A stretch of 64,000 nt of DNA. Origin: a candidate division FCPU426 bacterium (GTDB lineage: Bacteria; Oederibacteriota; Muellerivitia; Muellerivitales; Muellerivitaceae). Below are positions 50,434-59,752 of this stretch, piece by piece; position 1 is the first letter of the stretch, and every line of letters begins with the position of its first letter. Under the pieces are notes generated by a model, which worked only from the letters and a program-made list of their open reading frames with translations, did no database searches and was not told the DNA's origin. The stretch is taken from contig CAVTWJ010000020.1 of the NCBI GenBank assembly GCA_963738405.1, positions 1-64,000 on the forward strand, written 5' to 3'. Made by a program: the position numbers and the translations under genes.

Positions 50434-50729
50434 CCCTAATTGTCCCCTAGGAAGACAATTCAAGGTCTCCTCGCGTCCAATTAAATCCTCCGGGCCAATT
50501 TAATTGGTCGGGAGATGGTTGAATTGTTAGTAATACTAACAATTCAAATAATGGAATTTGGCCATTTTCCAGCGACAGAACAAAACCCACCAGTACTTGA
50601 CCCCTAATTGATAGCATTGCTAGCAATTCAAGGTCTCGTCGCGGTCAATTAAATCCTCCCGGCAAACTTAATTGGCCGCGAGATCGTTGAATTGAAAGCA
50701 TTGCTTTCAATTCAAATAAGGGAATTTGG
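50434..50729. repeat. Two imperfect direct copies (about 128 nt, offset 168 nt) of a nested-palindrome element
   Basis: Copies at 50434-50561 and 50602-50729; perfect 14-bp inverted repeats at 50519-50547 and 50687-50715. Confidence 0.9.
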
Positions 50730-50762
50730 GGTGTATTTGGGAAACCAGGTCTGAAGCCGGGG

Positions 50763-50785
50763 GGGTGGCCAGCCGTTGGCCACCC
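50763..50785. other. GC-rich stem-loop downstream of the minus-strand SRPBCC gene
   Basis: GGGTGGCCA-gccgt-TGGCCACCC, a perfect 9-bp stem with no clear U-tract. Confidence 0.45.
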
Positions 50786-50807
50786 TAACTTAGTTATGGG
50801 GGTTCAA

Positions 50808-51251
50808 TTACCCCTTTTCGGCCAGATCCTTGATCTTGGGAAGCACCATGGCCCAGCCCTTAAGGGTTTCCTGGTAGCGTTTCTCCCCATCCGCCACCCC
50901 CGCGAAGTCGCCTTGGCTGACCTCCAGGTAGGTGCCGCTATCCTTGGGGGTGAGGGTATAGACCACGGTCAGGTAGTTGGAGGGGATGTCTTCCAGCTTA
51001 CCGTTTGGGTCGAAGGTGGTGTATTCCAGAGTCTTTTCCTTCTCGATTCCCTTGATATGGCCTGAAACGAACACCCTTTCCGTGGCGCCCAGGGACCCTT
51101 TCCAAAGGATGGGGCTACCAACCTTCCAGTCGGTATCGGCCCGGCACCCAAACATATATTGGGCGGTCAAATCCGACCGGGTAAGGACATCCCACACTCT
51201 GGCGGTCGTGGCTTGGATTTGGACTGAGTTTCTAACGATCATTGTTTCCAT
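50808..51251 (-). CDS. SRPBCC/AHSA1 (START-like) domain protein
   Basis: IQATTARVWDVLT, TDWKVGSPI and GWAMVLPKIK motifs. Confidence 0.85.
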   Translation of the reverse strand: METMIVRNSVQIQATTARVWDVLTRSDLTAQYMFGCRADTDWKVGSPILWKGSLGATERVFVSGHIKGIEKEKTLEYTTFDPNGKLEDIPSNYLTVVYTLTPKDSGTYLEVSQGDFAGVADGEKRYQETLKGWAMVLPKIKDLAEKG

Positions 51252-51428
51252 GGCTCCCCTCCAACTTGGCTTTCAACGGAACATATTTACCACGAAGGTA
51301 ACAAAGTCCCAAGGGGGACCAGATAAGTTGAGTAATTTGTTGGGGAAAAACAGCCGAAAGTGGACAATGTCTATCAGGCGCTTTTACAAAAATAAAGGTC
51401 TAAGGCTTCGTGATTAAGGGGGCTGGAT

Positions 51429-52208
51429 ATGGAAGGTTTCGCCAAATGGGTTCAGGATGAATTGACTGCCACCCCTCCACCCCGGAGTGTGCGATTAAGA
51501 GATTTCGGTGATGCCTGGAAGGAATGGGCTTGGGTCTTGTTTTTTCTCGGATACGCCGTTTTCCTTGGCTATTTCTTCGTGGAGAAAACCATCATGGCCC
51601 TGGCCCCGGATTATGGGCTTGCGGTTTCCGCAAAAATTAAAGGCCATTCGATTGGGGGTAGCAAGTCTGGCCGAAATTATTTCCTCCATGTCGCCTTTAC
51701 AGACCCGCATGGCAATCCGCAGGTTTCAGAGATGTGTGCTGGTCGCCCATTTTATGATGCGAATCCTGATGGGGGCTCCGTCTCCATCAAATATATCGAT
51801 GGATTTCCCCAGTGGGCTGTTTGGGACGGAGATGGAGCTGATCTATACGATATATGTGGAATGGGATTACTAGGCCTCCTGGCTTTATTTTTTGTTTTTA
51901 TCCCCGTAAACCTTTTGTACCGGGAGTACAAAATTTTTAAAAATGGAGTTTTTGTGGAGGGGACTGTGACGGATGCCCACGACAAGGCGAATGGCAGGAA
52001 CCCATTGGAAATCATAACCGTTCAATATTCCGTGGATGGAGTTCCCTACGAAAAGGTGGTCAAGCGAGGTGTTGCAAGTGGCGACTTGGAAAAAGATGCG
52101 GCGGTAGTTGTAATCCCAGGTCATCCAGGTAAAACCGGGGTTTATTTCAGCAACAGCAATAAGACTATATTTAAGGTCGGCGTGCCGGATAGTTACTATC
52201 AAACATAG
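51429..52208 (+). CDS. Membrane protein with two DUF3592-like modules
   Basis: TM-beta-TM-beta layout; GLAVSAKI..VAFTD and GVFVEGTV..VQYSVDG. Confidence 0.5.
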   Translation: MEGFAKWVQDELTATPPPRSVRLRDFGDAWKEWAWVLFFLGYAVFLGYFFVEKTIMALAPDYGLAVSAKIKGHSIGGSKSGRNYFLHVAFTDPHGNPQVSEMCAGRPFYDANPDGGSVSIKYIDGFPQWAVWDGDGADLYDICGMGLLGLLALFFVFIPVNLLYREYKIFKNGVFVEGTVTDAHDKANGRNPLEIITVQYSVDGVPYEKVVKRGVASGDLEKDAAVVVIPGHPGKTGVYFSNSNKTIFKVGVPDSYYQT

Positions 52209-52364
52209 GATTTATCCTGAAAAAGAATTTTAAACACGAGCTACGAATAGTTCACGTTAAAGCTTAAATCCTTCGAAATTTCCTGAAGCGTCTTAATGCG
52301 TGTGGTGCATATAATATCTCTATTGGTCCGAGGTTCTTCGTGAACCATTCATCAAGGAGGCGTT

Positions 52365-52991
52365 ATGAAACTCTGGAGCGACACCTTTAGTGAGGCTTCC
52401 CGCCTGCGGGACGAATACTGCTTTATCAAACCCCACCCCACCCAGCACGCGATCCTGTCCGGCAATAAAAATCCCCATTTCGCCTGGGGTGAAGTATCCC
52501 GCGACGCCAAATCCCTGGTCTTGATCATGCACGATAACGACGCCCCATCCAGCAAAGACACGGTGAACAAGACCGACAAGACTGTTCCATATGATCTGCC
52601 GAGAATTCGATTTATCCATTGGGTGTTGGTAGATATCCCGACCAGCGGGTCGCCGATTCACCCTGGCGAATTCAGCAAAGAAGTAACGGCCAAGGGAAAA
52701 CCCGGACCAGCCGCGCCGAGGGGCATGAGGCAGGGTTTGAATGACTACTGCGAATGGTTCAAGGGCAATCCCTCTATGGAAGGGAACTATTTCGGCTACG
52801 ACGGCCCGGCGCCGCCTTGGAATGACGAAAAAATTCATAAATACAATTTCACGCTTTTGGCCATTAAAGATAAGAAGTGCCCGGTGGAAGGAAACTTCAC
52901 CGGCAAAGACGTCTTGAACGCTCTCAACGGCAAGGTGATTGAGAAGGCCATGATGTCTTGCACCTATGCTCTGAACCCCAAGGCGAGATAG
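52365..52991 (+). CDS. YbhB/YbcL family (PEBP) protein
   Basis: NKNPHFAW, HDNDAP, FIHWVLVDIP, GYDGPAPPWND and H.Y.F motifs. Confidence 0.9.
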   Translation: MKLWSDTFSEASRLRDEYCFIKPHPTQHAILSGNKNPHFAWGEVSRDAKSLVLIMHDNDAPSSKDTVNKTDKTVPYDLPRIRFIHWVLVDIPTSGSPIHPGEFSKEVTAKGKPGPAAPRGMRQGLNDYCEWFKGNPSMEGNYFGYDGPAPPWNDEKIHKYNFTLLAIKDKKCPVEGNFTGKDVLNALNGKVIEKAMMSCTYALNPKAR

Positions 52992-53000
52992 TCAAAAATA

Positions 53001-53033
53001 TTTTCACCACCAAGACACCAAGGCACCAAGAAA
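53001..53033. repeat. Orphan left arm of the CACCAAGN repeat element
   Basis: TTTTCACCACCAAGACACCAAGGCACCAAGAAA with no matching right arm before the next gene. Confidence 0.75.
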
Positions 53034-53084
53034 TCGGTTCAATTAAAGCTGAACCGTTAATTTCGAACACCCACCATAAACTGG

Positions 53085-53130
53085 GATTGCTTCGTCGCCA
53101 ACCGTCCCGATTGGGACGGCTCCTCGCATG
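53085..53130. repeat. REP-like half element with an internal hairpin
   Basis: GATTGCTTCGTCGC..CCGTCCC-gatt-GGGACGG-CTCCTCGCATG. Confidence 0.55.
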
Positions 53131-53330
53131 CCGACCTTCTTCAAAGCATTTAAAGAGGTCGGTATAGTACCGATTTCCATTTTTGCTTTTAATTGTAAAT
53201 CGGCACAATGACATCGAAACTGAGACACCGTTGGCATTTTTTCTACACCTTGAAAGAACCGACGGTTTTAGGCCATAGTGCACCCATCTTTTTAGGCCGT
53301 TTCATATTTCATTGTTAGTAGGGGGAGCAG

Positions 53331-53687
53331 ATGGCGGAGACCTCAGGCTTTATTGAGAAAAGAGCCAATTCCCGGGTTGAAGTGAAGATCCCCGTCCAGT
53401 ACCGGCTGGTGGACGATAAAAAAGAATTGGAAAAGGTGCGTGGCCGCCACGCCCTGGCCAAAGACCTAAGTCTGAACGGCATGTTCATCAAGACCGACAA
53501 GGCCGTGAACAAGGGCGACGTTTTCGCGCTGGATGTTTCCATGCCCGACAAAAAATCCAAACACGTTTTCGCCTTCGCTGAGGTGGTTCGAATCACCAGC
53601 AAGGGCGCTGGGATTAAACTGTTGTTGATGCCGGATGAAGATAGGTCGGCCCTGCAGGATTATTTAGAGAACTCCGAAAAAGACTAA
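53331..53687 (+). CDS. Stand-alone PilZ-domain protein
   Basis: EKRANSR (RxxxR) and DLSLNG (DxSxxG) c-di-GMP motifs; AEVVR. Confidence 0.88.
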   Translation: MAETSGFIEKRANSRVEVKIPVQYRLVDDKKELEKVRGRHALAKDLSLNGMFIKTDKAVNKGDVFALDVSMPDKKSKHVFAFAEVVRITSKGAGIKLLLMPDEDRSALQDYLENSEKD

Positions 53688-53702
53688 ACCCCGAAAACAA
53701 AG

Positions 53703-53864
53703 ATTTACCACCAAGACACCAAGTCACCAAGAAAACCATTTTATTGTTCCCCCAAAAAACGTAATTGGAACCACCTAAACCCCAAGAACAACGAAAAGCG
53801 TAAAACTTGAAATCCTAATTTTCTTTTGCCTTTCTTGGTGGCTTGGTGACTTGGTGGTGAAAAT
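53703..53864. repeat. Inverted-repeat element with (CACCAAGN)3 arms
   Basis: Left arm 53703-53734; right arm TTTCTTGGTGGCTTGGTGACTTGGTGGTGAAAAT at 53831-53864. Confidence 0.85.
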
Positions 53865-53936
53865 GTTTTGCTTCAAAAAGCACCGTAAAATCAGCACAAA
53901 GACTGCCCCCACCGCTAGTGGCTAGACCCCCAAAAC

Positions 53937-53965
53937 TTGACAAAGGGTAGATGGCTACCTATTCT
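53937..53965 (+). promoter_or_regulatory. Putative sigma70 promoter of topA
   Basis: TTGACA-17 nt-TATTCT. Confidence 0.6.
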
Positions 53966-54033
53966 TCCACCACGCAACAAATGGCGAGAGCCTTCTATAT
54001 ATACAGCTATCAAAAACATTTGGAGACCTATTC

Positions 54034-56604
54034 GTGGCAACCGACAATCTACCTGAAGCTCCAGTAACCGCCGAGAACCCGGTCATTACGGAGATTCCTC
54101 CCATCACCGAAACCCCTGCGGCCACGGAACCCTCCGAAACAGCCGAAACTCCCAAGAAAGCTAAAAAACCCAGGACGCCCAAGGCGCCTAAAGACCCCAA
54201 CGCTCCCGAGAAGCCCAAGGCCAAAAAAGCCCCGAAACCTAAGAAAAACGAAAACAAGAAACTGGTCATTGTGGAGTCGCCTTCCAAGGCGAAAACTATC
54301 AACAAGTACCTCGGGTCGGACTTTGTGGTTTTGGCCTCCAAAGGCCATTTGGTCGATCTGCCCAAGAGCAAACTGGGCGTGGATTTGGAACACAACTTCG
54401 ATCCCCAATACATCAATATTCGGGGCAAGGCCCCCATTATTCGGGAACTCAAAAAGGCCTCACAAAAGGCCGAAGTTATCTTCCTAGCCACGGACCCGGA
54501 CCGTGAAGGCGAGGCCATCAGCTGGCATATCAAGAATTTTCTGACCGGCCTGGCCAAACAGCCTCCCATGTACCGCCTTCGCTTAAACGAAATCACCAAA
54601 CCCGCGATTGAAGAAGCCATCCTCAACCCGCAGCAAATCGACCAGAACATGGTGGATGCCCAGCAGGCCCGAAGGATTCTCGACCGGCTGGTGGGATACG
54701 GCATTTCGCCCCTGCTTTGGCAAAACATCCGCCGGGGCTTGTCCGCAGGCCGGGTGCAGTCCGTAGCCCTGCGCCTCATTTACGAGCGGGAAAAGGAAAT
54801 CGAGGGGTTTAAGCCGGTCGAGTATTGGACCCTGGAAGCCGACTTCTTAACTGAAGCCAACAAGATCATCCGCACCAAACTGGCCAAGGTGAATGGGGAA
54901 AAGCCCGACCTGAAAACCCAGGACGAAACCCAGGCCCTTCTGGAAAAGCTGGAAAAGGCCGATTTCAAGGTTTCTGCCGTTTTGCACCGGGAAAAAAGCA
55001 AGAAACCCCCCATGCCTTTCACGACCTCCAAGCTCCAGCAGGAATCCTATAAACAACTGCGGTTCGGGGCCCGAAAGACCATGTCGATCGCCCAGGGCCT
55101 TTATGAAGGTATTGAAGTAGGCGAGTCGGCGCCGGTTGGGTTGATTACCTATATGCGTACCGATTCCAAGCGTATTTCGCCCGAAGCCAAAGCGGAGGCC
55201 ACCAAATTTATCGTGGAAACCTATGGTGAAAAGTACAAGGGCCCCGGGGACCGGGACACGTCGAGCAAGGGCAAGATTCAGGACGCCCATGAGGCCATCA
55301 GGCCGACTTCCGTTTTCCGTACCCCTGAAAAGATGAAGGGCTACCTGACCCCCGAACAGTTCAAACTTTACCAGCTCATCTGGGAAGACTTTTTGGCCAG
55401 CCAAATGTCGAACGCCCTCTACCGGGAAACCTCGGTTGAGATTTCAGGCGACATCGCGGTTTTTCGGGTTTCCGGCACTGAGACCCTCTTTGAGGGCTAC
55501 ACCAAGGTTTATGAGGAAGCAGCCGACGAGGACAAAAAAGAAGGCGACCCCGGCACGGATGGGGAAGTGACCGGAAAGGTCAACTCGAACAAGCTATCCG
55601 GCATCGAGGAAAACCAGAAGATGATCTGGAAAGAACCGATCAAGGAACAGCATTTCACCCAGCCGCCCCCGAGGTTTACCGACGCTTCCATGATCAAGAC
55701 TCTGGAAGAAATGGGCATTGGACGCCCTTCGACCTATGCCCCGACTTTGGAAACCATTCAGAACCGGCGGTATGTGAAGAAAGAAAGCGGAAGGTTCTTT
55801 TTGGCCGAATTGGGCAACCTGGTGCTGGGGCTTTTGATGAAAAATTTCCCCACGATCTTGGATTACGAATTCACCGCCAAGATGGAAGGTGAATTGGACC
55901 AGGTCGAGGCGGGGGAACAAGAATGGCGCAAGGTGATTGGCGAGTTTTACGTTCCCTTTAAAGACGTTTTGGCCGCGGCGGAAAAGCTGATGGGCGAGGA
56001 AAAGGCGAAGATTGAGATCGTCACCGACATCCCCTGCGAAAAATGCGGGCAGATGATGATTGTGAAGTGGGGAAGACACGGCAAATTTTTGGCCTGTTCC
56101 AAATACCCCGAATGCCAATCCACCAAGAGCCTGAAGGAAACCGCCGATGGTTCGATTCAGGTGGATGCCGATACCGTTACCGATGAAAAATGCCCCAAGT
56201 GCAGCGCCCCGATGATTGTGAAGATGGGACGGTTTGGAAAATTTTTGGCCTGTTCCAAGTATCCCGAATGCAAAACCGCCAAGCCTATACCTTTGGGCAT
56301 CAAATGCCCCCTCTGCCCCGACGGGCAGGTGGTTTCAAGAGGTTCCCAGCGGGGCGTGTTTTACGGATGCAACAACTACCCCAACTGCAAATTCATTTCC
56401 TGGTACAAACCGCTAAACCGGCCCTGCCCCCAATGCGGAAGCCCCTACCTGACGGACAAGTATTTGAAGACGCTGGGGCCGCATGTTTCCTGCCCCAACA
56501 AGGAATGCGACTACAAGGAAATGCCGAATTCCGAAGGCAACCCGAACGCCCCGGCTGTGGCCGCGCCCCCTGCGATGCCGCCCCCAGCACCGAGCTTTGA
56601 TTAG
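54034..56604 (+). CDS. topA: DNA topoisomerase I (type IA) with four C4 zinc ribbons and an N-terminal low-complexity extension
   Basis: LVIVESPSK, ATDPDREGE, SAGRVQS, LITYMRTDS, AHEAIRPT and GIGRPSTYA motifs. Confidence 0.98.
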   Translation: MATDNLPEAPVTAENPVITEIPPITETPAATEPSETAETPKKAKKPRTPKAPKDPNAPEKPKAKKAPKPKKNENKKLVIVESPSKAKTINKYLGSDFVVLASKGHLVDLPKSKLGVDLEHNFDPQYINIRGKAPIIRELKKASQKAEVIFLATDPDREGEAISWHIKNFLTGLAKQPPMYRLRLNEITKPAIEEAILNPQQIDQNMVDAQQARRILDRLVGYGISPLLWQNIRRGLSAGRVQSVALRLIYEREKEIEGFKPVEYWTLEADFLTEANKIIRTKLAKVNGEKPDLKTQDETQALLEKLEKADFKVSAVLHREKSKKPPMPFTTSKLQQESYKQLRFGARKTMSIAQGLYEGIEVGESAPVGLITYMRTDSKRISPEAKAEATKFIVETYGEKYKGPGDRDTSSKGKIQDAHEAIRPTSVFRTPEKMKGYLTPEQFKLYQLIWEDFLASQMSNALYRETSVEISGDIAVFRVSGTETLFEGYTKVYEEAADEDKKEGDPGTDGEVTGKVNSNKLSGIEENQKMIWKEPIKEQHFTQPPPRFTDASMIKTLEEMGIGRPSTYAPTLETIQNRRYVKKESGRFFLAELGNLVLGLLMKNFPTILDYEFTAKMEGELDQVEAGEQEWRKVIGEFYVPFKDVLAAAEKLMGEEKAKIEIVTDIPCEKCGQMMIVKWGRHGKFLACSKYPECQSTKSLKETADGSIQVDADTVTDEKCPKCSAPMIVKMGRFGKFLACSKYPECKTAKPIPLGIKCPLCPDGQVVSRGSQRGVFYGCNNYPNCKFISWYKPLNRPCPQCGSPYLTDKYLKTLGPHVSCPNKECDYKEMPNSEGNPNAPAVAAPPAMPPPAPSFD

Positions 56605-56682
56605 TTTCACCCGCCTGGTCAAAGCCTTGCAAAGTGAAACTTTGAACCGCATTGTCTAAGACACAAACCAAAGGCATCTATA

Positions 56683-56755
56683 GCCACAGATACATGGGAT
56701 TCATGGGATGTTAAAGCCTTAAATCTTATCTGTGTGCATCCAATGCATCTGTGGC
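56683..56755. repeat. Inverted-repeat element with CCACAGAT-type arms
   Basis: GCCACAGAT..CATGGGAT repeated / ATCTGTGTGCATCC..ATCTGTGGC. Confidence 0.6.
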
Positions 56756-56849
56756 AAAATCTTGTTTCTGTTTTCCTTGCGGTTTTTGGTTGAGTAGCTT
56801 CTGAGCTATAATTGCCGTGCTTATCTATTTTGTTTCGCGAGGAAGTCAC

Positions 56850-57713
56850 TTGGTTAATCCAGCCCAAAAAGCCCAAATCTTAGTCGAGGCCTTTCCCTTT
56901 ATCCGCAAGTGGTACGGCGCCACGGTGGTGGTGAAGTACGGGGGAAGCACCCGAAGCGGCGACGCTGAACTAAAACAAACCCTTCAAGACATTGTGTTGA
57001 TGAAATTCGCCGGGATGCGCCCGCTGGTGGTGCATGGCGGGGGAAAAGACATTACGAAAGTCACCGAAAAGCTGGGAATCCATTCCCGGTTCGTGGACGG
57101 CTTAAGGGTGACGGACCTGCCCACCATGGAAGTGGTGGAAATGGTTCTGGGCGGGAAGATTAATAAAGAACTGGTAAGCACGATCCAGCAGTTGGGCGGG
57201 CAGGCGGTGGGCTTGTCCGGCAAGGACGGTGGGATGCTGGAAGCCTCACGGGTGAAATCCAAGACCGGCAAAGACATCGGCTTCGTGGGCAAGGTTTCCA
57301 AGGTCAACACGGCCGTTTTGGACATTTTAGATAAAGAACAATTCATCCCCGTGATCGCTCCCTTGGGGCTGGGGAAAGACGGCAAGACCTATAACGTGAA
57401 CGCGGATGAGGCGGCCGGGGCTATCGCGGGCGCATTGAAAGCCGAAAAGCTGGTCTTTTTGACCGATGTGCCGGGAATTTGTAAGAAGAAAGAAGACCCC
57501 AAGAGCCTCTTTTCAACCATCAAGGCTAAGGAAGTGGCCAAACTCATTAAAAGCGGAGTGATTTCGGGGGGCATGATCCCCAAAGTTCAAGCCTGTCTGC
57601 ATGCCTTGAAGGCGGGTGTTCGAAAGACTCACATTATTGACGGCACCCAGCCCCACGCCCTTTTATTGGAAATATTCACCCCCGAAGGCATCGGAACCGA
57701 ACTCATACCTTAG
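56850..57713 (+). CDS. argB: Acetylglutamate kinase
   Basis: VVKYGG, VHGGG, GLRVTD, GLSGKDG, NVNAD, LTDVPG and GGMIPK motifs. Confidence 0.96.
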   Translation: MVNPAQKAQILVEAFPFIRKWYGATVVVKYGGSTRSGDAELKQTLQDIVLMKFAGMRPLVVHGGGKDITKVTEKLGIHSRFVDGLRVTDLPTMEVVEMVLGGKINKELVSTIQQLGGQAVGLSGKDGGMLEASRVKSKTGKDIGFVGKVSKVNTAVLDILDKEQFIPVIAPLGLGKDGKTYNVNADEAAGAIAGALKAEKLVFLTDVPGICKKKEDPKSLFSTIKAKEVAKLIKSGVISGGMIPKVQACLHALKAGVRKTHIIDGTQPHALLLEIFTPEGIGTELIP

Positions 57714-57754
57714 TTTTTCACGCTTGTCTCTCTGCGTTTCATTGCCCCTACCTA

Positions 57755-57763
57755 TGGTATAAT
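57755..57763 (+). promoter_or_regulatory. Putative extended -10 promoter of nrdR
   Basis: TGgTATAAT about 40 nt upstream of the ATG. Confidence 0.45.
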
Positions 57764-57800
57764 CCCGCCCGTTGTATTTATTTTCCCAAGGAGCCTCTGG

Positions 57801-58256
57801 ATGAAGTGTCCTTTTTGCGGTCACCAAGAAGATAAGGTGATGGATTCACGGCCTTCCAAGGGCGGCTCGGCCATCCGCCGTCGCAGGGAATGCTTGAAGT
57901 GCGAGAAGCGTTTCACGACCTACGAACAAATTGAAGAAATTTTACCCATGGTTGTGAAGCGGGACGGGCGCAGGGAACCTTTTGACCGTTTGAAAATCGT
58001 CTCAGGCATACGAAAAGCGGTAGAGAAGCGTCCGGTTTCCTCCGAGAAGATTGAGGCGGCGGTGGACGATATCGAGAGTATGTTGATGGAGCGGGCGGCC
58101 AAGGAAATTAATTCCACCGAGATCGGCGAAATGGTGATTGGGCGCTTGAAAGACATGGATGATGTGGCCTATGTGCGCTTCGCCAGCGTTTACCGGCAGT
58201 TCAAGGATATCGGCGCCTTTATGGATGAAGTAAAAAAGCTGATGGCGAAGAAGTAA
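57801..58256 (+). CDS. nrdR: Transcriptional repressor NrdR
   Basis: [28 protein letters not shown] cone and AYVRFASVY. Confidence 0.98.
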   Translation: MKCPFCGHQEDKVMDSRPSKGGSAIRRRRECLKCEKRFTTYEQIEEILPMVVKRDGRREPFDRLKIVSGIRKAVEKRPVSSEKIEAAVDDIESMLMERAAKEINSTEIGEMVIGRLKDMDDVAYVRFASVYRQFKDIGAFMDEVKKLMAKK

Positions 58257-58278
58257 TTTAAGAGACTTAAAACAAATA

Positions 58279-58386
58279 TTACCACCAAGACACCAAGTCA
58301 CCAAGAAAATCGAAAACAAACCGGGATTTACGGAAGTCTTTTTAAAGTTTTGCCGTTCTTGGCGTCTTAGCGTCTTGGCGGTGAAA
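58279..58386. repeat. Inverted-repeat element with (CACCAAGN)3 arms
   Basis: TTACCACCAAGACACCAAGTCACCAAGAAA / TTCTTGGCGTCTTAGCGTCTTGGCGGTGAAA. Confidence 0.82.
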
Positions 58387-58410
58387 AAATTCTTAATTGA
58401 AAGGTAAAAA

Positions 58411-59721
58411 ATGGCAAAGATTCGAGCCTATCGTGCTGTTCGTTATGGTTTATCTTCCCCGCAAGCCCTCAAAAAAGTGGTGGCCCCTCCCTACGACGTC
58501 ATTTCAACCCAGCAAAAAAAAGAACTCTTGGCTGCGGACCCCAAAAATGTGATCCGCTTGATCTTGGGAAACCCCAGCCACGAAACCCACAGCGCCTCCG
58601 ACTACTCAAAAGCCAAGCAAACTTTCCTGGCCTGGCAAAAGTCCAATGTGCTTAAGCGGGAGTCAAAGCCCGCCGTTTACATTTACCGCCAGTCCTTTGA
58701 CCTGGACGGCCGGGTGTTTCACCGTAGTGGATTTATCGCCCTCTCCCAACTGACCCCCTTCGGCAAGAAAAAGGGCGGCATCCTGGCCCACGAACATACC
58801 CTGGCAGGCCCTAAAGCTGACCGCTTGAAATTGACCCAGGCCACGAAGGCCAACTTCAGCTGTATCTTTTCCCTCTATCCCGACAAGAAGGGCGCGGGCA
58901 CCCTTTTAAAGAAAGCCTCTTCCCGCAAGCCGGACATGAGCGTGGAATACCCCAAGGGTATTCAAAACCAGGTTTGGGCCGTGACCGATGAAAAGTGGGT
59001 CAAGGGACTTCAGGCCAAAATGAAGGACGCCACCTTGTTTATCGCCGACGGGCACCACCGCTACGAGACGGCCCTGAACTACCAGGCGATCCAATCGAAA
59101 AAAACTAAGGGCGCCGTTGGAAGCAGGCCCTTTGATTTCGTGCAGATGATGTTTGTGGCAATGGAAGACCCGGGGCTTGTGATTTTGCCGACTCACCGGA
59201 TGCTGCCTTCCCGCATTGTTACCTCACCCGCTTTGCTTTTAAGCCGCCTGTCGTCCCTTGGTGAACTGCATGCCTACCCCAAAGCCATCGCCGGATCGGC
59301 CCCCTGGAAATGGATGGAGAAACTGGGGAAAACCCATTCCACTTTAGGAATATCCTTCGACGGGAAAAAACTCTACGCCCTTCAATTCTCCAAAGCCGTG
59401 GAAAAGAGCCCCTTGCTTCATGACGTTTCATCCGCCCAACGAAAACTGGATGTCACCCTCTTGCACCGCCTGATTTTGGAACCCTTTTTCGGCATCACGA
59501 AGGAAAAGGTGGAGCATGAGATTTCCTTCACCAGCCGGGCTGAGGAAGCGGTACAACGGCTTAAGAAAAAGGAATTCGCGGCGGTGTTTTTCTTGAACCC
59601 CACGCGCATTGACCAACTACGGGAAATCGCCATGAACCAGGAGCGGATGCCGCAAAAATCCACCTATTTCTACCCGAAGCTTGTCACAGGTCTTGTTTTC
59701 AACCGGTTGGATTCGTTTTAA
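58411..59721 (+). CDS. DUF1015 family protein
   Basis: APPYDVI, HEHT, IADGHHRYETA, ILPTHR and MPQKSTYFYPK motifs. Confidence 0.93.
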   Translation: MAKIRAYRAVRYGLSSPQALKKVVAPPYDVISTQQKKELLAADPKNVIRLILGNPSHETHSASDYSKAKQTFLAWQKSNVLKRESKPAVYIYRQSFDLDGRVFHRSGFIALSQLTPFGKKKGGILAHEHTLAGPKADRLKLTQATKANFSCIFSLYPDKKGAGTLLKKASSRKPDMSVEYPKGIQNQVWAVTDEKWVKGLQAKMKDATLFIADGHHRYETALNYQAIQSKKTKGAVGSRPFDFVQMMFVAMEDPGLVILPTHRMLPSRIVTSPALLLSRLSSLGELHAYPKAIAGSAPWKWMEKLGKTHSTLGISFDGKKLYALQFSKAVEKSPLLHDVSSAQRKLDVTLLHRLILEPFFGITKEKVEHEISFTSRAEEAVQRLKKKEFAAVFFLNPTRIDQLREIAMNQERMPQKSTYFYPKLVTGLVFNRLDSF

Positions 59722-59752
59722 GGTTTTCAACAAAATCTCTTAGCAAAGACAA

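Noticed and set aside
50434..50729. Integron attC sites or CRISPR repeats
   Set aside because: No clear RYYYAAC/GTTRRRY ends, only two long copies, and no integrase or cas gene; kept as an unclassified repeat
52924..53283. Short ORFs in the YbhB-PilZ gap
   Set aside because: They run through repeat elements, with no motifs or convincing RBS
38618..53687. Prophage or integrative element
   Set aside because: No integrase, transposase, phage genes or flanking direct repeats seen
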